Shown piece after piece: positions 30,615 to 32,000 of a stretch of 32,000 bases of DNA (position 1 is its first letter; each line of letters starts with the position of its first letter). Below the pieces are notes generated by a model. The model was given only the letters and a program-made list of their open reading frames with translations. It did no database searches and had not been told where the DNA came from. Source of the stretch: Candidatus Saccharimonadota bacterium. Its GTDB lineage: Bacteria; Pseudomonadota; Gammaproteobacteria; Enterobacterales; Enterobacteriaceae. Made by a program: the position numbers and the translations under genes. Where the stretch lies: the NCBI RefSeq assembly GCF_964059045.1, contig NZ_OZ060402.1, forward strand, positions 150,001 to 182,000, read 5' to 3'.

Positions 30615-32000
30615 ATGATGTCACGTGTTATAATGTTATTGCCATTAGGAGATAGTGTTGGTATAAAAACTATTACTTTAGGTTTAATTCAAGCTATTCA
30701 ACAACAAAACCTAAATATTACTTTTTTTCAACCTATTTCTAATAATGTTATTTCTAATAATTGTTTAGACACAATTTTAAATGCTATTAAAGATGATAAA
30801 TCAATTAATATTATTCCATCTATTAAGAAAATTATTTTAAAAAATATTTATGATCGTAATCAATATACTTGCATGATGGATAAAATATTTGAATATTATA
30901 ATTTAAACATTGGAATTTCAGACGTAATATTAATTAATGGATTAACAGTCAAAAATACTAATCCTTTTATAAATAAAATTAATTATGAAATTGCATGTAA
31001 TCTTAATGCTGAAATAATTTTTGTATCTGTTTTACAAAATCATAAATATTTTAATTTAAAACAAGAATTAAAAATGATTCATAATTTTTATGGAATTGAT
31101 AAAAATCTTAATATTATAGGTATCATTGTTAATCAAATTAATCAATGTAGTACAATAAAAAATAATACAAATGATTTTACTGTAGATAATTATTTTAATA
31201 TTGTTCCATTTAATCACTATGATATTAATTCCTTTATAAAAAATAGTAATATTAAATTATTAGCTCATATTCCTTTGAATATGCAATTGATACGTATTTC
31301 AGTTATGAATTTATTAAAATATTTGAAGTTAGATATTATTCATGATAATAGTACGAGTTTGTGTATAATTCAATTTATATTTTTACTAGAATGTTATGCT
31401 AGTGATATATTAAAAAATTTAAAGCATAATTCATTAGTAATTATATCTTTTTATAATATTGTTGTTTTAAAAAATTTATTGCATGATTTTCAAACACATC
31501 TAAAAATCAGTTTATTAGTTATTACTAATGTTAATTTATCTGAATTTTCATCTCAAAACTGGATTCAACAGATTAAAAAAACGTGTCTTTCAGTTATTAT
31601 TACTCCTCAAAATACTTTAAATTTTTTATTTGATTTGAAAAAAGTTCATTTTAAAACAAAAGATACTCAATCATTATTTTTTGATGCTGAAAAAAAAATT
31701 ATTGCTAATTATATTGATAAAGATTGGGTAAAATCATTAAAACAACCAGTTGTTAAAAATAATTCGTATTTGTCACCGATAGAATTTCGTTATCATTTGA
31801 GAATGTTAGCAAAAAAATCTTTGTTTAAAAAAATTGTTTTACCTGAAGGACATGAACCTAGGATTATTAAAGCAGCTATTTTTTGCTATAAGAATAATAT
31901 TGCAGATTGTATTTTATTAGGAGATAGAAAAAATATCTATAATATTGCATCAAAAAATAATATTCAATTAGACGAAAAAATAAAAATTTTAAATCCAAAT
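30615..32000 (+). CDS. pta: Phosphate acetyltransferase, N-terminal 462 codons (continues beyond the right edge)
   Basis: I translated it manually from the ATGATG at 30615: MMSRVIMLLPLGDSVGIKTITLGLI (compare E. coli [24 protein letters not shown]). No stop occurs before 32000. Near the end it reads ...IVLPEGHEPRIIKAAIFCYKNNIADCILLGD (compare E. coli [31 protein letters not shown]). It follows ackA as in the E. coli ackA-pta operon. It is absent from the ORF track because it is open-ended. Confidence 0.93.
   Translation, partial: MMSRVIMLLPLGDSVGIKTITLGLIQAIQQQNLNITFFQPISNNVISNNCLDTILNAIKDDKSINIIPSIKKIILKNIYDRNQYTCMMDKIFEYYNLNIGISDVILINGLTVKNTNPFINKINYEIACNLNAEIIFVSVLQNHKYFNLKQELKMIHNFYGIDKNLNIIGIIVNQINQCSTIKNNTNDFTVDNYFNIVPFNHYDINSFIKNSNIKLLAHIPLNMQLIRISVMNLLKYLKLDIIHDNSTSLCIIQFIFLLECYASDILKNLKHNSLVIISFYNIVVLKNLLHDFQTHLKISLLVITNVNLSEFSSQNWIQQIKKTCLSVIITPQNTLNFLFDLKKVHFKTKDTQSLFFDAEKKIIANYIDKDWVKSLKQPVVKNNSYLSPIEFRYHLRMLAKKSLFKKIVLPEGHEPRIIKAAIFCYKNNIADCILLGDRKNIYNIASKNNIQLDEKIKILNPN

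Noticed and set aside
1-32000. Search for tRNA/rRNA genes, CRISPR arrays, IS elements or transposases, integrases, phage genes, toxin-antitoxin pairs and defence islands
   Set aside because: No G/C-enriched cloverleaf-sized islands occur in any spacer. There is no repeat-spacer periodicity and no unassigned ORF over 100 aa. All large ORFs are conserved housekeeping genes, so nothing supports such features.

Overview
This is an extremely AT-rich, gene-dense housekeeping segment from a reduced gammaproteobacterial insect endosymbiont of Enterobacterales descent. The gene order and composition look like Buchnera aphidicola, though the strain cannot be determined by eye. I can support 26 protein-coding genes, two of them truncated by the window edges: ileS (5' end, minus), rpsT, dnaJ-dnaK (minus), a complete 13-gene NADH:quinone oxidoreductase operon nuoA-N with fused nuoCD, alx/ygjT (TerC family), folC, prs (minus), prfA-prmC-sirB1, nadE (minus), and ackA-pta (pta runs off the 3' edge). 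All appear intact and close in length to their E. coli orthologues. I saw no tRNA, rRNA, CRISPR array, IS element, prophage, toxin-antitoxin or defence gene, and no unassignable multi-gene cluster. I do not find credible evidence of a previously undescribed system; this is an ordinary core region. The points worth a second look are non-coding or evolutionary. (1) A ribF-sized, gene-free 1.1 kb spacer between ileS and rpsT. (2) A sigma-32 promoter for dnaK that matches E. coli dnaK P1. (3) A GC-rich hairpin between dnaK and dnaJ. (4) Long perfect inverted repeats at 5161-5199, 20472-20521 and especially a 61-bp one at 28105-28165. (5) An alx gene whose long upstream spacer shows no riboswitch-like structure. 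(6) A 780-bp spacer between prs and prfA where E. coli carries lolB-ispE and hemA. (7) Long poly(A) tracts inside coding regions, such as A12 at codons 2-5 of ackA. Several ORF-track starts (dnaK, prfA, nuoE, nuoJ) are in-frame upstream extensions, and I have trimmed them by homology.
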